The notes beneath the pieces are model-generated. The model was not told the DNA's origin and did not search any database. It saw nothing but the letters and a program-made list of their open reading frames with translations. The translations under genes and the position numbers were made by a program. From Camelus dromedarius (Eukaryota), in the NCBI RefSeq assembly GCF_036321535.1, contig NC_087436.1, positions 44,208,001-44,272,000 of the forward strand: a DNA stretch of 64,000 nt. The letters run 5' to 3'. Shown here piece by piece: positions 26,012-39,040 of the stretch. Each line of letters begins with the position of its first letter. Within the stretch, counting starts at the first letter, position 1.

Positions 26012-26432
26012 TGTTGGAGGAGGTCGTTGAGAGGATGTGACCGCTGGTTAACCCTTGAGTTGGAGCTGGAATATTGAAGGCTCCTCCCTGGTTCCCCTGT
26101 CCTTGGAATGTGCATTCCACTTGCTTTTCCTGCACTAGAAGTTGCCTCAAGGACACAGGCTTTAGATAGCATCATTGAGACCATCTGGATGATATATGTG
26201 ACTAAACTCAGTTAAGGTCTCTATATAAAATTTTAAAATTCTGGTGGGCAGGTGTGGAAATGTACTCATCTTGTTAACATGCAAGATAAGCCTTATAAGT
26301 AAGTTTCCTTGCTTATTAAAGCCACCTAACAATCGTAAGGGGTCTGCCTTTTTCTTGGTCTTTCCTTGCCCTTCATGTACAAGGGCCAAGTTCAGATTTC
26401 ACTGGGGAAACTCCTTTGTTTGCAAACCAAGA
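26012..26432 (+). mobile_element. ERVL-class solo LTR (MER74/LTR53-like)
   Basis: TG start, TATA-like ctatataaa, attaaa signal and a gtttgcaaacca end; subfamily uncertain. Confidence 0.55.
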
Positions 26433-26735
26433 ACCTACTGCTATGATGGCAGATTAGCAATATAATAGACATTTATAAAGACTTTTAGATAATACTCTTT
26501 GGACTTACTAGTTCCTCTCCTATCATTAGTGTTCTGGGGGACTGTGACATATATAGCTCTATTTATACTATGTTTCTTTTCAACTCTGGGTACAACTTGG
26601 GAATTTTAAAATTGGAGAGAGGGCCATTTTCTCTACAGATATTCGATATAGTAGGTAATATGCTTGTGGAGTGTGTGTAGTATATATGTTAACTCATTAT
26701 TAACTATAATTGATGGAGATAGAACATGTTATAAT

Positions 26736-26963
26736 GCTGTGTTTCTCAAACTTTTTTTTCATTATTGACCTCCTAAATAGAAAAATAAAATTAAATTTAA
26801 ATTTCCTCCAGAGAGAGAAATTAAATATTAAAGAATAAGATTTAGTCAGCAGAGTTGAACTTGTGAGGACAACAGATCATTATAATATCTAAGAATTTTT
26901 TGACCTTCAAGAACTAATTTTCACTTCATTGGAGGTGATATAGCTTCCACTGAAAATGTCTGG
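26736..26963. mobile_element. MER96B-like hAT MITE
   Basis: gtgtttctcaaactttttt..cattatt...gagagaaattaaatattaaagaataagattt...ataatatctaaga. Confidence 0.65.
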
Positions 26964-26964
26964 C

Positions 26965-27180
26965 ATAATGGAAAGAACAGGCCTTTTAGTGTCAAACAGA
27001 AGGGGTTCAAATACCATTTATTAGTTAGTGGTTTTGGGTAAACAATCTAAATTTTCTGACCTTCAGTTTCCCCATCTGTGAAGTGAGAATAATAAAACCT
27101 ATCTTGCTGAAATGTTGTGAGGCTTAGATGTAATGTTGGTAAAGTTCTTGGCGTTTTAATATGTTATAATAGTTACTAGT
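26965..27180 (+). mobile_element. MIR SINE
   Basis: gggttcaaat...cttcagtttccccatctgtgaagtgagaataataa. Confidence 0.8.
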
Positions 27181-27308
27181 AAGGTTAATTAGTCTGAATG
27201 TCATTCTCTGACCTTGTTAGATAAAAATGGGATGCAGTAATTCTTTATCTACTATCCACATGGTGGTATGGCTCTTTTTCTGGTATGTTAATCAATATTT
27301 CTATAGAC

Positions 27309-27480
27309 CAGTGGTTCCCAAACTTGGTTGCACATCAGAATCATCTGAGGATATATTAAAAATTCCCAAGCTCAGGCCACACCAGGAGCAATTAATTTGC
27401 AGTATCTGGGGAACGTTGGCATCGGTATTTTTTGAAACTCCCAGGTGATTCCAGTGTGAAGACAGGCTTGAGAATCACTG
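27309..27480. mobile_element. MER5A hAT MITE
   Basis: Terminal inverted repeats cagtggttcccaaac ... gcttgagaatcactg; internal ctcccaggtgattcc. Confidence 0.9.
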
Positions 27481-30400
27481 CTGTAAATATTCAGCCTAAA
27501 GTCTGAAGATAGCTAGATACCAATAGAAATTCACCTTGAGGACATGTTGCCTGAGATTTAAAAATAAAATGTCATAGAGTAGTTGAAGAAATAGCTGTTG
27601 TTCTGGATTATTCCAGCACTGAATAAGTTGCCATGAGAGGGAAGCCTTTATAAAATTAATAAAGACATATTGTAATAACATATGTCAGTTTCAGAACACC
27701 ACGATAAGCAAGCACACAGGGCTCACAGCCTTTGTGGCATGGGGTATTTCTCTTTGTGAAGGGAAAGGCATATTTTCCAACTTGAGGCATACCAGAGCCA
27801 AGGCGGCATGACACAGCTGAGAAGCAGGCTTATGATATGCTTTTCCTTTTTTTGAGAGACATGTCACATGTCACAGTAGACTGTGGCTTAGCTATGACTA
27901 ATTGGCCTTGACCAGATGAAGGGAAATTTTCCATGTTAATGAGAATAGAAAATATGTGCCGTATTTTCCATGCCATGTACAACATGTGAAACTATTCTTA
28001 GTGTATTTATTCTTAGGGTTCCATAATTTGGTTTCCAGAGTTTCAGTCAGAGATGCTTGTCCATGGAGTGATCGTCTAGTTTCATCAGGGGGTTGATGCT
28101 GTCAACAGAGGAATGTCAGGAGGATCTATTACAGATTGGACATCCAAGACGAGGATTGTAGCAGACAGAAATGTCTGTGAGGACACCCTGCAGAGTCTTC
28201 ATGACAGGTGACATGCTTGTCCATATAGGGGAAAAATAGCTTTAAACTCAAGCCTGCAAAGATGAATGGACGGAATAAGGTGAATAAGATATAATTTTAG
28301 AGATATAAGAATATGTCATAGATATAAAATGTATTCGTTAAGTAGCATATTAGACAAACTATCGCCTAAGGTAGAAAATATTTCATCATGAACAAAGGTT
28401 TAGCGTCTTGAGTAATTTTCTGATACATATCACCACTTAATGTTGATTTTTGGGTGGAATTTAGGGATGGCTCTTGGGTTAGAACTGAAAGAGAACACTT
28501 TAGAACTGACTAGCAGAGCTGGTGTGAGAATTGATCAATAGAAGGTCCTGACTCAAGTTACTACAGGAAGGGTCGGAGAGAACTGTATAAATAATTTTCT
28601 GTTTGGTCTGTCACAATGCTATCACTGCCTTCCTGTAGTAGCTCAGTTTTTAAAAAATGATTCAATAAAAGTTTCTGGTAAAATACAAAATGCATGTTTG
28701 CAAACCAAATGTAAATAAGCCTTATTAATAGAGGTGAGAATTAGTTTGAATAATAGGGAAGTATTTTCAGTCACTGAGAAATTATGATTTCATGAAATTA
28801 GAAAACTGACTTTGTTTGTGCAAAATGGGCAATTTTCTAACCAGGTCAATTACTTCTGATAAAGATAAAGTATAAAATATTCTGAATAAAACCTATTCAC
28901 TTTGGTTTTAGGGACAATAACTGAACATAGCAAACATAAATCTTTATTATGCTTTCTTAATTTATTTTTTCTCCACTTGTTTTGCAATTACATCCTTATT
29001 TTAATTTATGTTTCTGACACATTGAATTTTGTACATGGGTAACTGACTTCATTCTTATAATTTTTCTTATCAGTAGTTTGTAGCTTTAAAATTAATTATT
29101 TTATTGTCACTTCTCTTGCTGGTTGGATATCTAATGGCCATGTCATTTGAAATTGAGAGAGCATCTGCAATTTCTGGGCACTTGCATGCTTTTCATTAAT
29201 TGCTAATTGTTTTGAAAGATCTTTCCATGAAAGAAAGCCTTTATTATTTGCCATGAACAGTTGTTCCATTGCCTTTTGTAGATGAAATTTCCTGAAACAG
29301 TAGGATGGAGACTATTAATTATACTTGAGAGAAAAATTAATTAGCCTTAATCATAGAAATTGCCACATATAGGAGCTAAAGTTCATTACATTTGAGAGCT
29401 ATTGGAACAGAAGGTAACTTGGGTCTTTAACTCAAAAACAAGTCATTCTCATCATTTAAAATGAAATATATCATCTCTGTTTCATTATAATCCTATTTTC
29501 AATATAGCTAAAAGTAATGTTTTCCCAAGATCATATAGAATCCTTAATTACTTATAATCAAAATGTGGTATTAGTAGTCTACTTTCGCAATGAGGTCGAT
29601 TTTAAAAATTTAATTTATTCTGTCAAATGCATTGACACCTTCAGGGAAAAGCATGGTACCAATTCAGACTCCTACTGTATTTATTGAAATGATCAAGATG
29701 GTGTGAATTTTCAGGAATAGTTGTTGGTGATGCCTGTTATCTCTCTTATGAGTGTATAAGCTTATCAAGAAGGACCATATATTACTTTAAAATGTTATTT
29801 AAAAGAGTGCATACTTTGTTTATTCATTGGTCATTCATTTAACACATAATTACGGAGTGTTTACTATTATTTGCCAACTCCAGTTTTGAGGTGTTCATTA
29901 AATGTCTTACTCCACTCACTTGGAATAAAACAAACACAAACTCATACTTCTGTCCCCCAACCCCCGCCACATTCATACAACACACATTCACACATCCTAC
30001 TGTGGTGGGCAGTAACTGGAGAAAAGAAGGAAGCCTGTTTAGAGGTGGGGTTTGAGGATATACTTGGGTTGAATGTTCAGTCTCTGGTAAACAAAAATAA
30101 CTGTTTGAAGTATTATTTAATTTGATATGCCACTCTATGTTATTCGGAGTTTTGTGTAAATGTTTCCCCAGTAGTAGCAAATGCTGAGAATAGAGGGGAG
30201 AAATTATAGGAAATGCTTTTGTTCAATTACTGAAAACTCTCCTCTTTGCCCCCCTAAAGTTTTTCCTAATCTGTTGTCTATGTTTTTAAAAAATGTATGT
30301 AACTTTAGCAGGGGACTTTGTCTCTTAGCACCTGAAAGAGGATAGTTCTCGACTGATCCATCCTTGTTAATTAACTCCCCAAATGAAGATCAAGTCCCTC

Positions 30401-30934
30401 CTTCTCGTGGGTTTGTTGGGAATAGAAAGAAGACAAATGGTACTACTGCTACTGCTACTCATGCACCTGATGAAAGAAATGAATCTAGAAAGGATATGAG
30501 AATCACTTCCAAGAATACATAGAAATATTTAGGGACAACATTGTTTTCTCATTAATGATTTTATTTTGAGTTTTAGGTTAAAAATTTATGCTCTAAAATT
30601 CTTCTTCCAACCTCTTGGGTAAGTGTTAGCAGGGTGTAGTTAGAACTGTAACAGATGTTCCCTTTCTCTAAGGCTTCCTCAGAAGTAAGGAGATCTTAAC
30701 AAGAAGAACTGCCTCAGTAGCAAAAAGAAGAGTGGCGGGGGGATGTCACCAGCATGAATCTCTGGATTTCAACATTGTACCTCCACAAGTCCCCCCACGT
30801 TATTAGCTCTCTGGAGGGTAGATAACATACTAAGATTTATGAGCCATTACTCTCTCAGCAAATTGTTTGATCAGAGGAAGATTCAGTTAGACTGGTACAG
30901 GAATTGGAAGACTAAGGAGATAGGTGACATGTAT

Positions 30935-31375
30935 GAAAGTTTATTGGGTTATAAGCAAAGAACTGACTCCTGCCAGCCTAAGCAGATGGAAGGAACTGGG
31001 AGAGTTCTTACAGAGTTGAAGGGGGTCCAATAAGTGACATGTGGAATGAGTGGAGGGCAGGGTGGCTGTGGGTTTCCAGTGGGACAGGAGTTTGTGTCAT
31101 TCTTCATAGGATGTTGCCATTAGTGTGATTCACTTCCAAGTCCCTGTGCATCTCAGTTTAGAATTTCAAATACCAGTGAGAGAGCACTGAATGGTTCAGA
31201 TTGGGTCAAATATCTACTTCTATAACAATCAGCTATTTCTAGGGGTTTGGAGTCATGTAAAGATATGTCCTCTCATATTCTATACCTATGTTTGTGGCTG
31301 TTTCCAAAGAGGAGAAAATTTTGTACTAAGGAGATGTTCCTTAAGTATCTGCCACAGAGGAACAAGAGAGTACAC
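30935..31375 (-). mobile_element. Old MLT1 (M/N-like) LTR
   Basis: ggttataagcaaagaactgactcctgccagcctaagcaga resembles an old MLT1 terminus. Confidence 0.4.
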
Positions 31376-31484
31376 ACAGGTTGGTGAGGTGTGAGGCCTG
31401 ATTAGGAGGGAGATTGGGTCAAGGGCACCAACACAGTTCATTGACTTTCCATTTGCCTTTGAGTTTCAGGTTAATGGATCTGCC

Positions 31485-31845
31485 CTCTGTACTAGACTGT
31501 AAGTTACTCATGTCAGGCGCGTGGCTGTCTTTTTAGCAGCTGTCTATGGCTAGTACCACCTAGTATAGTTACTGACATGGGGTAGCTGCTCAGTGTACTC
31601 TCTCTCTTGTGAAACTGTCTTTAATTATTCCCTTGTGGATTCAGTTCCTTTCCCATGAGCTCATACACATTGTGTTCATGTAAACCATTGTATTTAATCA
31701 TACTACACTGAAATTATTTTATTTGTATTTTGTCTCCACTAGACTGTGAGCTCCTAGAGGGCCAGAGCTCTGGCTTATTCATCTTTACCCCTAGAACTAC
31801 AGCAAAAGAGCAGGATCTCATTACTTATTGGTTGACTGAAATGTG
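31485..31845 (+). mobile_element. Two tandem L2 3'-end fragments
   Basis: ctagactgtaagttactc... and ccactagactgtgagctcctagagggccagag..cttattcatcttta. Confidence 0.75.
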
Positions 31846-33350
31846 TCTGATGTCTGTATTTGTGGTCTGTTACACTAGGTCAGTTATTCTTGTCATATGA
31901 ACTTCATATGTTGAGAATAAAAGAACTAATGAATGAACTAATGAGTGTCTTGGCCAGCTCTGAGGATAAGCCTGGGAAGTACATCAACATATGTTGTGAA
32001 CAGAAATCGATTTCAAAAACACAGTCTTTGAGGTAACACTGGGGATTGATTCCATATATTTTAATAGGATTGTTGCCATGGTTAATATTAATGTGGACTC
32101 TATACTTTGGGAAAATTTTATTCATGAGAAGTAGCATGAAACAGTGCTCCTCAATCACAGTGCTGTGACACAGGTTGGGAGTGAGACATGTCATGAGTAT
32201 TTGTTACCAAACACAGTTGAAGTACTTGCAAATAATTTACATTTAAAAATATACTTAGAACAACCTCAAGGTTATCTCTGTGATAACATCACTGTCACTC
32301 TCTCCCATGCTGATATGCCTTTTAGGAGGAGTGAAGTGCAGTATATCTAGTGTCAGAAGTTTTGTTTGGGAATATGTTTTACATGTGAGGCTCACATGTT
32401 GAGAACCACTGCCTAGGGTCATGGGTCACAGAGATAGTCTTTTGATGAATCTAATAAATTTCCCCCTCCATTTATACACTATCCAGGCCTTAAAAACAGG
32501 GTCCTGATAACTTTAACCCAGGGTCCTGAGTAGAAAATATTTGTTGGAGAGAATGAGGCTAAAGAGGCTATAGTTCCTGCTTCCTCTGTTGGCTCCTTTG
32601 AGAATCTGAGGAATTCCACAGTGGTGTAAATGGGGCACTGTCTTCTCTCATTCCCCTCGTAGCACCAGCCACACACACGCGCACCTCCTTTTGTATATAA
32701 TAATGCTAATGTCTGGCCCTGTGAATTATACAGTTTTTACTAAGGTAATCACATGCGTACAGAGTAGACACAAGGCGAGTTTTACTTACCTTGGAGAAGG
32801 TGTTACTGTTGCCTTGCTTGGTCTGAGTACATCTATCCACCCCTCCGTAATTAATTTTGGTCATGATCTCTGGCTTGAGTCCATGTGAAGTCTGTATTTT
32901 TCACTTAAGCTCACCATTTGGTGAGTGATTGAGATGTCTGTCCTCCTAGTCCTGATTTTTCTTTCACTTTTCTTCACCCTCTCCTTTTGGTCCTCCTGAC
33001 AATCATATTCTCTATTATAGTCTAGAAATTGGACCTTTTTTGTCCTTTAAAATCAATCATTTACTCCTTATCTCCTAACCCTCCGAGCAACCCTTGTGTG
33101 ATGTTATTCGTATGGCTCACACTTAACTCACTCAGGCTGTGACAGGTGGAGAAAGGATTCACACTCAGTTCTGCAGGATCCACGGCCCACACCCTTCATC
33201 ATTTTGCCTCTTCTCAGAAGCTTCTACTTCTTCTTCCAACATAATGATAAAGCACGGGCAGTGCTCCTGTAGGAAGAGAGTTCTGAAGGGAAACTAGTTA
33301 CTCTGCTTTGTCTTCAGTGAGGGGAAGAATAAAAAAGAAATATTCTACAA

Positions 33351-33804
33351 CAGGGGTGGCTAAACTTTTCTATAAAGGGCCAGACAGTAGACATTTAGGC
33401 TTTGCAGCTTGGTCTCTGTTAAAACTATTCAGCTGTGCTGTTGTAGTTTGAGTGTCCATTGATGCTAAGTAAACAAATGCACATTGCTGTGTTCCAATAA
33501 TACTTTATTTATAGACACTGAAATTTGAATTTCGTATAATTTTTACTTGTCACAAAGTATTATTCTTTCAATTTCTTTCCAATCACTTAAAGATGGAAAA
33601 ACCATTTTTTGCTTGTGGGCTGTACAAAAACAGGTGGTAGGCCAGATTTAAGTTTTCCAGATTCGGCGTTTAGTATTTGGGACATACTTATACTAAAAAA
33701 TATATCTGTTGTATACCTGAAGTTCAAATTTAACTGGACATTCTGTATTTCATCTGGAACTCTTAGCTGGCTTTGGCGTTCAGGCCATAGTTTGCAGACC
33801 CCTA
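33351..33804. mobile_element. MER58B hAT MITE containing a nested MER53
   Basis: caggggtggctaaacttttctataaagggccaga ... gccatagtttgcagacccct; flanks ttctacaa/ttatataa resemble a decayed 8-bp TSD. Confidence 0.85.
33649..33764. mobile_element. MER53 with an internal deletion (about one arm left)
   Basis: tatttgggacatacttatactaaaaaa..ctgaagttcaaatttaactggacattctgtattt.atctgg. Confidence 0.75.
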
Positions 33805-34176
33805 TTATATAACTATTCCATTCTTACAAAGTATTTCTCTGGCTGCATTTGGTGGAGAGATGAGGGGGTTTAAGCCCACACATGCTTTGTCCATCTAGTT
33901 TTAAATAGTAATATGATCACCAGCTCTAATGGGGTTCTCAGATGTTGAAAAATATTGAGATATTCAGAAACCAGTGTTTCCAGAAAAAAGTCATAACATT
34001 AGAGCTGCAAAGTTTCATAAAACTGCGTGAAAATGACCACAGGTATTTAGCTCTATGATAAAAAGTGTTTGTTTTGAGGAGGAATGAGCAATACTATACT
34101 GAGCCTTCCTTACACCAACTGGGATACTGACCAATTGCTGAAATGTTGATTGTAAATGGTTTTCCAATTCCTTAAT

Positions 34177-35315
34177 ATTCATGCATTCAATTAGTATTTA
34201 TTGAGTGCCCACTTCTTGCTAAGAATATTCTAAGAACTGGCTGGATAGTAATAAACAAAATGGATAGAAGCTTTTGCCTTGAGGGAGTTTACATTCTAGT
34301 CGAGGAAAACAAACAAACAAATAAATAAGATATTTATACTGTTGAAAAGGGCAGTGGAGAAAAATGGAGCAAAGGAGAGTGGGTATTGTGGGAGACAGAA
34401 GGGACTGTGCTTTCATAAGGAGAGTCCCTGAGAAGGTTACAGTGGAGCAGAGACCTGAAGAGAATAAAGGAAAGAGCCATGTGGTTAACTGGGCTGCTTT
34501 TTATCCCAGGCAATGGGTGGCTTAGTGCCAAAGCCCTGAAGTTTGAGGATGAATAAAGAAGCTAGAGTGACTTAAGTAGAGTGAACAATGGGGAAGATAG
34601 TAGGATATGAGTTAGGTAACAGGGGAGAGGAAGTAGAGGGTGTGATGTCGAGATTATGTAGGACCTTGTAGAATCGTCTTTTAGTCTGCTGAAACAAGGT
34701 CCAGTTTTAGGGTGTTAAACACAGGGAGGGCGTGCTTTATGTAATCACTTGTGTTTTACTTAATCACTGTGAGTGTTGAGTACCTAACAGGCTGTATAGG
34801 GAGCAAGGGCAGAGGCAGGAGGCCAGGTAGGAGACCGCTGAGTCATCCAGGTGAGAGATGATGGTGCCTTAGGTCAAAACAGTTGCAGTGGAGACCGTAT
34901 GAAGTCAGATGCTGGGTGATATGGAAGGTAGAATTGACAGGATTTGCTGGTGGATTCGATGTCAGGAGTGAAAGAAAGAGGAGTTAAGGATAACTCCCAG
35001 ATTTTTGATCTGAGCAACTAAGGAGGATAGGCCTCCTGTTTACTGAGGAGGGGAAGACTGTGGGAGGAGGTTTGGGAGACGAGATCAGAAATTTGGTTTA
35101 GGACAAAATAAATGTGAAATGTATGTTAGGCTTTTAAATGGAGATGTCAAATAGGCAGCTGGATATATGAGTCTGGAATTCAGAGGAGCTGTCTGGGCTC
35201 TGGATATAAATTTGGGTATCATCAGCATATAGATGATTTTTTAAAGCCAAGTAACTAGATGAGGTCATCAAGGGAGTGAGAATAACTAGAGGAAAGATGA
35301 AGTTCAAAGAGCCAT
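34177..35315 (-). mobile_element. L2 (L2a-like) 3' ~1.1 kb
   Basis: attcatgcattcaattagtatttattgagtgcc ... ggagatgtcaaataggcagctggatatatgagtctggaattcag; the minus-strand ORF at 35134-35322 contains HLYADDTQIY, the L2 RT catalytic motif. Confidence 0.9.
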
Positions 35316-35771
35316 GTTTCATATGAGTTGGTAGAAGTTACTTCATAGCTTCTGTATTAATCATAGCCACAAATATAATTAATATTAGGAATATTAAAAT
35401 TATATAAAAACATTAACTGCTTTATGGTAGTAAGGATGTTTCACTTAGACTACTGAATATTCAGATGTAACTTTTCTGTAAACAAAATTAAAAAAATGTT
35501 TAAAAACTCTTAAGAATTTTTTACTGGAATATCTAAACCATAGGTGTAAGATTTGACCAAATTCCTTGTTTGATCCTTTGTAAAGCCTAGAGGAACATAT
35601 GTCTTTTGGTTTGGAAACTACTGGTAGGTGAAAATAACTTTAAAAGAAATGGAAACTTTTTTTGATTAGCTGATACTTTTCTACTTGTGTTTTAAAACCT
35701 TTTCTTGCTAAATTAAAAAAATTAAATTTGTACTGATATGTATTTAATTAAATATATATGTATGTGTGTGT

Positions 35772-35780
35772 ATCTATCTA

Positions 35781-35828
<48 letters not shown>

Positions 35829-35829
35829 A
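35772..35829. repeat. (TATC)n tetranucleotide microsatellite
   Basis: Seen directly. Confidence 0.95.
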
Positions 35830-36731
35830 GTCCATCCATCTCTCTGTCTATCTGCTTATCAATTAATTGATCGATGGATAGATTCTCTCAAGTGTCTTCA
35901 TATGGATTCGTGGGGGCAATTGCTCCTGGACCTAGAGGCCTCCATGCAAAAATACCACTTTATAATGAGACTTCTTTCTTCTCTAACTCATCAAACTATC
36001 AAGTTAAAGCCTATGAGCCTTAGATGTAAAACTAGCTGAGGAATTCATCAAACAGGTGTTTGAAGTTAGACCCCAATGTTATTTTCAAATGTGAAAATAT
36101 TGGCATTTTAATTTGTGATTTAAAGAGCAGGGTGGGTTATTTTTAGCCGGGGAGCCCCGGGCCCTGAATGTCTGGCCATCAGTGATGAGTGGGCAGGCTG
36201 ATCCCTACACACTGGTCACTCCCAATGTGATAAAACTGCCTGATTCTGGTTTTCATGGTCACTCCGATAAGAATTTGTGTTAAGCTGGCTACCATCATAT
36301 CCTCTCAGGCTGGCTGAAAGAAATGCTGTCTATCTTCAGGAGAGGCAAGAAATGACTGCTTCCTAAGGCCCCGCAGCTCTTAGGACCTCGCCCCTTACCT
36401 TGCTATGGTGACAACAGATGAGAACCCTGCCTGGGAAGTGAGCATCCATAATTGTCAGAGCTTCTCTTTGGTCAGGGAATTTTCCCTTTCTTTCCCACTG
36501 GGGTTCACAAGAATGAAAGATGTTTTACCCATACTCTGTAGTTCTGTATGAAGGCTCCACTCCTTATCAAGTTCTATAAGCCCTGTTTATCCAGAGGAAG
36601 AAGTACCTGCTGTACCTTTCCTTCTGATACTTGAAAATTAGTCCCTCAATTGACTGGTGTATAAATCCTTCCTAATTAACTAGTGGATATGAGGTTGATC
36701 TTGTGATCTATCATTTCATTCATTTACTTCT

Positions 36732-36930
36732 TGTATTACGTTTATTGCTGAATCAAAAGTCACCTTCAAATCTAATGGTTTAAAACAATAAACACTTTAA
36801 AACTCATAGTTTCTGTGGGTCAGGAATTTGGAAGCCGCTTACCTGGTGGATCTAGATCAAAGTCTCTCGGGAGGTTGCATTTAGATGTTGGTGAGAGCTA
36901 CAGCTACGTGAAGGTCTGTCTGAGCTGGAT
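36732..36930 (-). mobile_element. MLT1F/G/H-like LTR fragment
   Basis: tgtatta...ggtttaaaacaataaacac..ctcatagtttctgtgggtcaggaatttgg. Confidence 0.75.
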
Positions 36931-37750
36931 TTGTGAGGGCAAGTGAGATCTAGTGCATACATATAAGGGTTGATTTTTAATAGGAGCATTGGACAGTTCA
37001 ACATTGGTAAAAGGCAGCAAGGCAAAGATGTTTGCTGATGCAGGCGTATGGGTAGATGTGTTGGTGCTAGTATGTGGAAATTGTTTTCTTATCGTTTCTT
37101 TTTTTTTTTTTTTTGGTAAAATAGGAAGCAAGGTTATCATCTTAGGATAACAATGGGACAGGAGGTATTGGGTACTTTAGGAGAGAGTATAAAATGGCAG
37201 CCTACATAATTAAGTGTATGGACTGGAGACATAAAATATAAATGATGACCAGTAACAAGGTCTAGGGTAATGACCATGGGAGTGGAGTGAGTGGCTAGGT
37301 TGGGTAGTAGAAATGAAGGGGATCCTTGGCATTTTGGGGGACAAGAACTATGAGAAGTTATGGGTGATATATCTGATGACAGAGATTCAAAATGGGTGTT
37401 TTTTTTGGGAACAAGGGAGGATTGAAAAATTGTCTGAAAGCAGCAATAAGAAGCAAGGAGGACACGTTCTCTACTTCTAGGCCTCATGGTGTGAGAACCA
37501 TGGAAGACAAACTTCACTGAGAGGACTGCAGAGGCATTAGTTTCCTCAGTGGAGAGCCAGGTTTTCCTTAAAGCAAGAAGGGAACAGAGTATTCAGGTCA
37601 TAGTCGGAGAATGAACACAAAGGATTTTGTTGATTGTTGACTGAGTTTTGGAGGACAAAGTGGAAGGATTTGAGAACTTGAGGAGGGATGGGAAAAGGGG
37701 ATAGGATAGGTTCACAGAGGCTAAGAGGGATTCAACTGTGGGAGTTGGGA
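36930..37750 (-). mobile_element. L2 internal (ORF2) fragment
   Basis: Purine-rich antisense L2 body (gcaagtgagatctagtgca..; aaataggaagcaaggttatcatc; aggtctagggtaatgaccatggg). Confidence 0.65.
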
Positions 37751-37983
37751 GGCAGCTTAGGAGTCTACAGGTGGCCTGACAAGAAGTGGGATAAAGGGCA
37801 TGATGAGGCCATTCCAGTGGGTCCAAGGCAGATGGTGGTGGTGAGGCTGTGAGTGTTGCAGGGGGAGAAGGAGGGGTCGGGCAGAGGACTGTCTCAGGTT
37901 CCCACTGCCAGAAACCAATGAAGTTAGATTTCAGTCCAGGTCTCCCCAGCTCCAAAGTAAATGTCCTTTCCTCTTACACCCTT

Positions 37984-38130
37984 ACCATTCAAAGTGTGGA
38001 CTAACGTCGAACCTGAGAACTTGTTAGGAATTGGTCTCTCAGGCCTCACTCTGAATCTACTGAATTTGCGTATGCATTTTGACATGCTCTCTAGGTGATG
38101 TATATGCATATTAGAGTTTGAGCAGCTCGG
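37984..38130. mobile_element. MER5A1/MER5B-like MITE
   Basis: tcaaagtgtgg...ctcaggcctcac..ctactgaat..gcatttt..ctaggtgat..atgcatattagagtttgag. Confidence 0.7.
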
Positions 38131-38964
38131 TTCTACACTACATATTCTTAACCTTTTAAAAATTAATTTTTCTATGTCTACTAAGTGAGATCCTATGGAA
38201 TAAAAAAGGAATAGAACTTTTTGTGATGAAGGCTTTCTGAACCTTTCAAGACTTCACAAAAAGTTTCAAAATAAAGATTTGCAAAAATGGAGACAGGTGT
38301 ATATGACATATAAATGATTGTCATATTTAGTTATCTGGCTGATGACTAATCCAGTAAAATGTGTTGTTTTCCAAAGTTTTAGGGCTATGTGAGGAGAAAC
38401 CCCCGATACATTTGAGGTTAAGTTCTTCCTAGTTGGATTCAGGTGTTGCCACCAGTCTGATTTATGAGTAAACTAGAACTATTAGGAAAAGGAAAGGGTA
38501 AAATGAGTGTTTATTTTTCAGCTATTATTAACCTAAACTCTGGTACTTGTACTAAAGAAAGGAATTACTTGTATTTATTCTTATGGCTAACTTGCTAGCA
38601 ATAAATTATGAAAGAAAAAAAATAACCATGTGGGATAATTGACTGAAAAACAAATGTCAGTAAAAGTAAACAGAATGGATTCCACTAAACCTATTTGCAA
38701 AAATGTCAAAGGAGTTGAGTTGTTTTCCCTCACAATATTTGTGCTGGTATAAAGGGACTGCAGTTTAATTAAATGTCTCCATAGAGACTGGGTTTTCCAC
38801 TAGATGTCACTTTGAGATTTTGCTCGATGAAGGACTGCATTCTGATTAAGTGATGCAACATTTGTCCTCAGTAGTAGAGAGATAGCGATCGACACCTCCC
38901 GTCCCCAACCCTCCTATGCTAAGCAAGCAGCAGGAAAGGAGAATCACTTGCCACCATGTCTGGC

Positions 38965-39040
38965 CAAGTGTTTAGGTCTAGTCCTGCTTTTGTCACTAAC
39001 CAGCTGTGTGACCTTGAGCAAGTCCCTTAAGACCTCTAGC
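38965..39040 (+). mobile_element. MIR fragment
   Basis: tcactaaccagctgtgtgaccttgagcaagtcccttaa. Confidence 0.7.

Noticed and set aside
35134..35322. YADD-containing ORF as an active or novel reverse transcriptase
   Set aside because: A 62-aa remnant inside a decayed L2 element.
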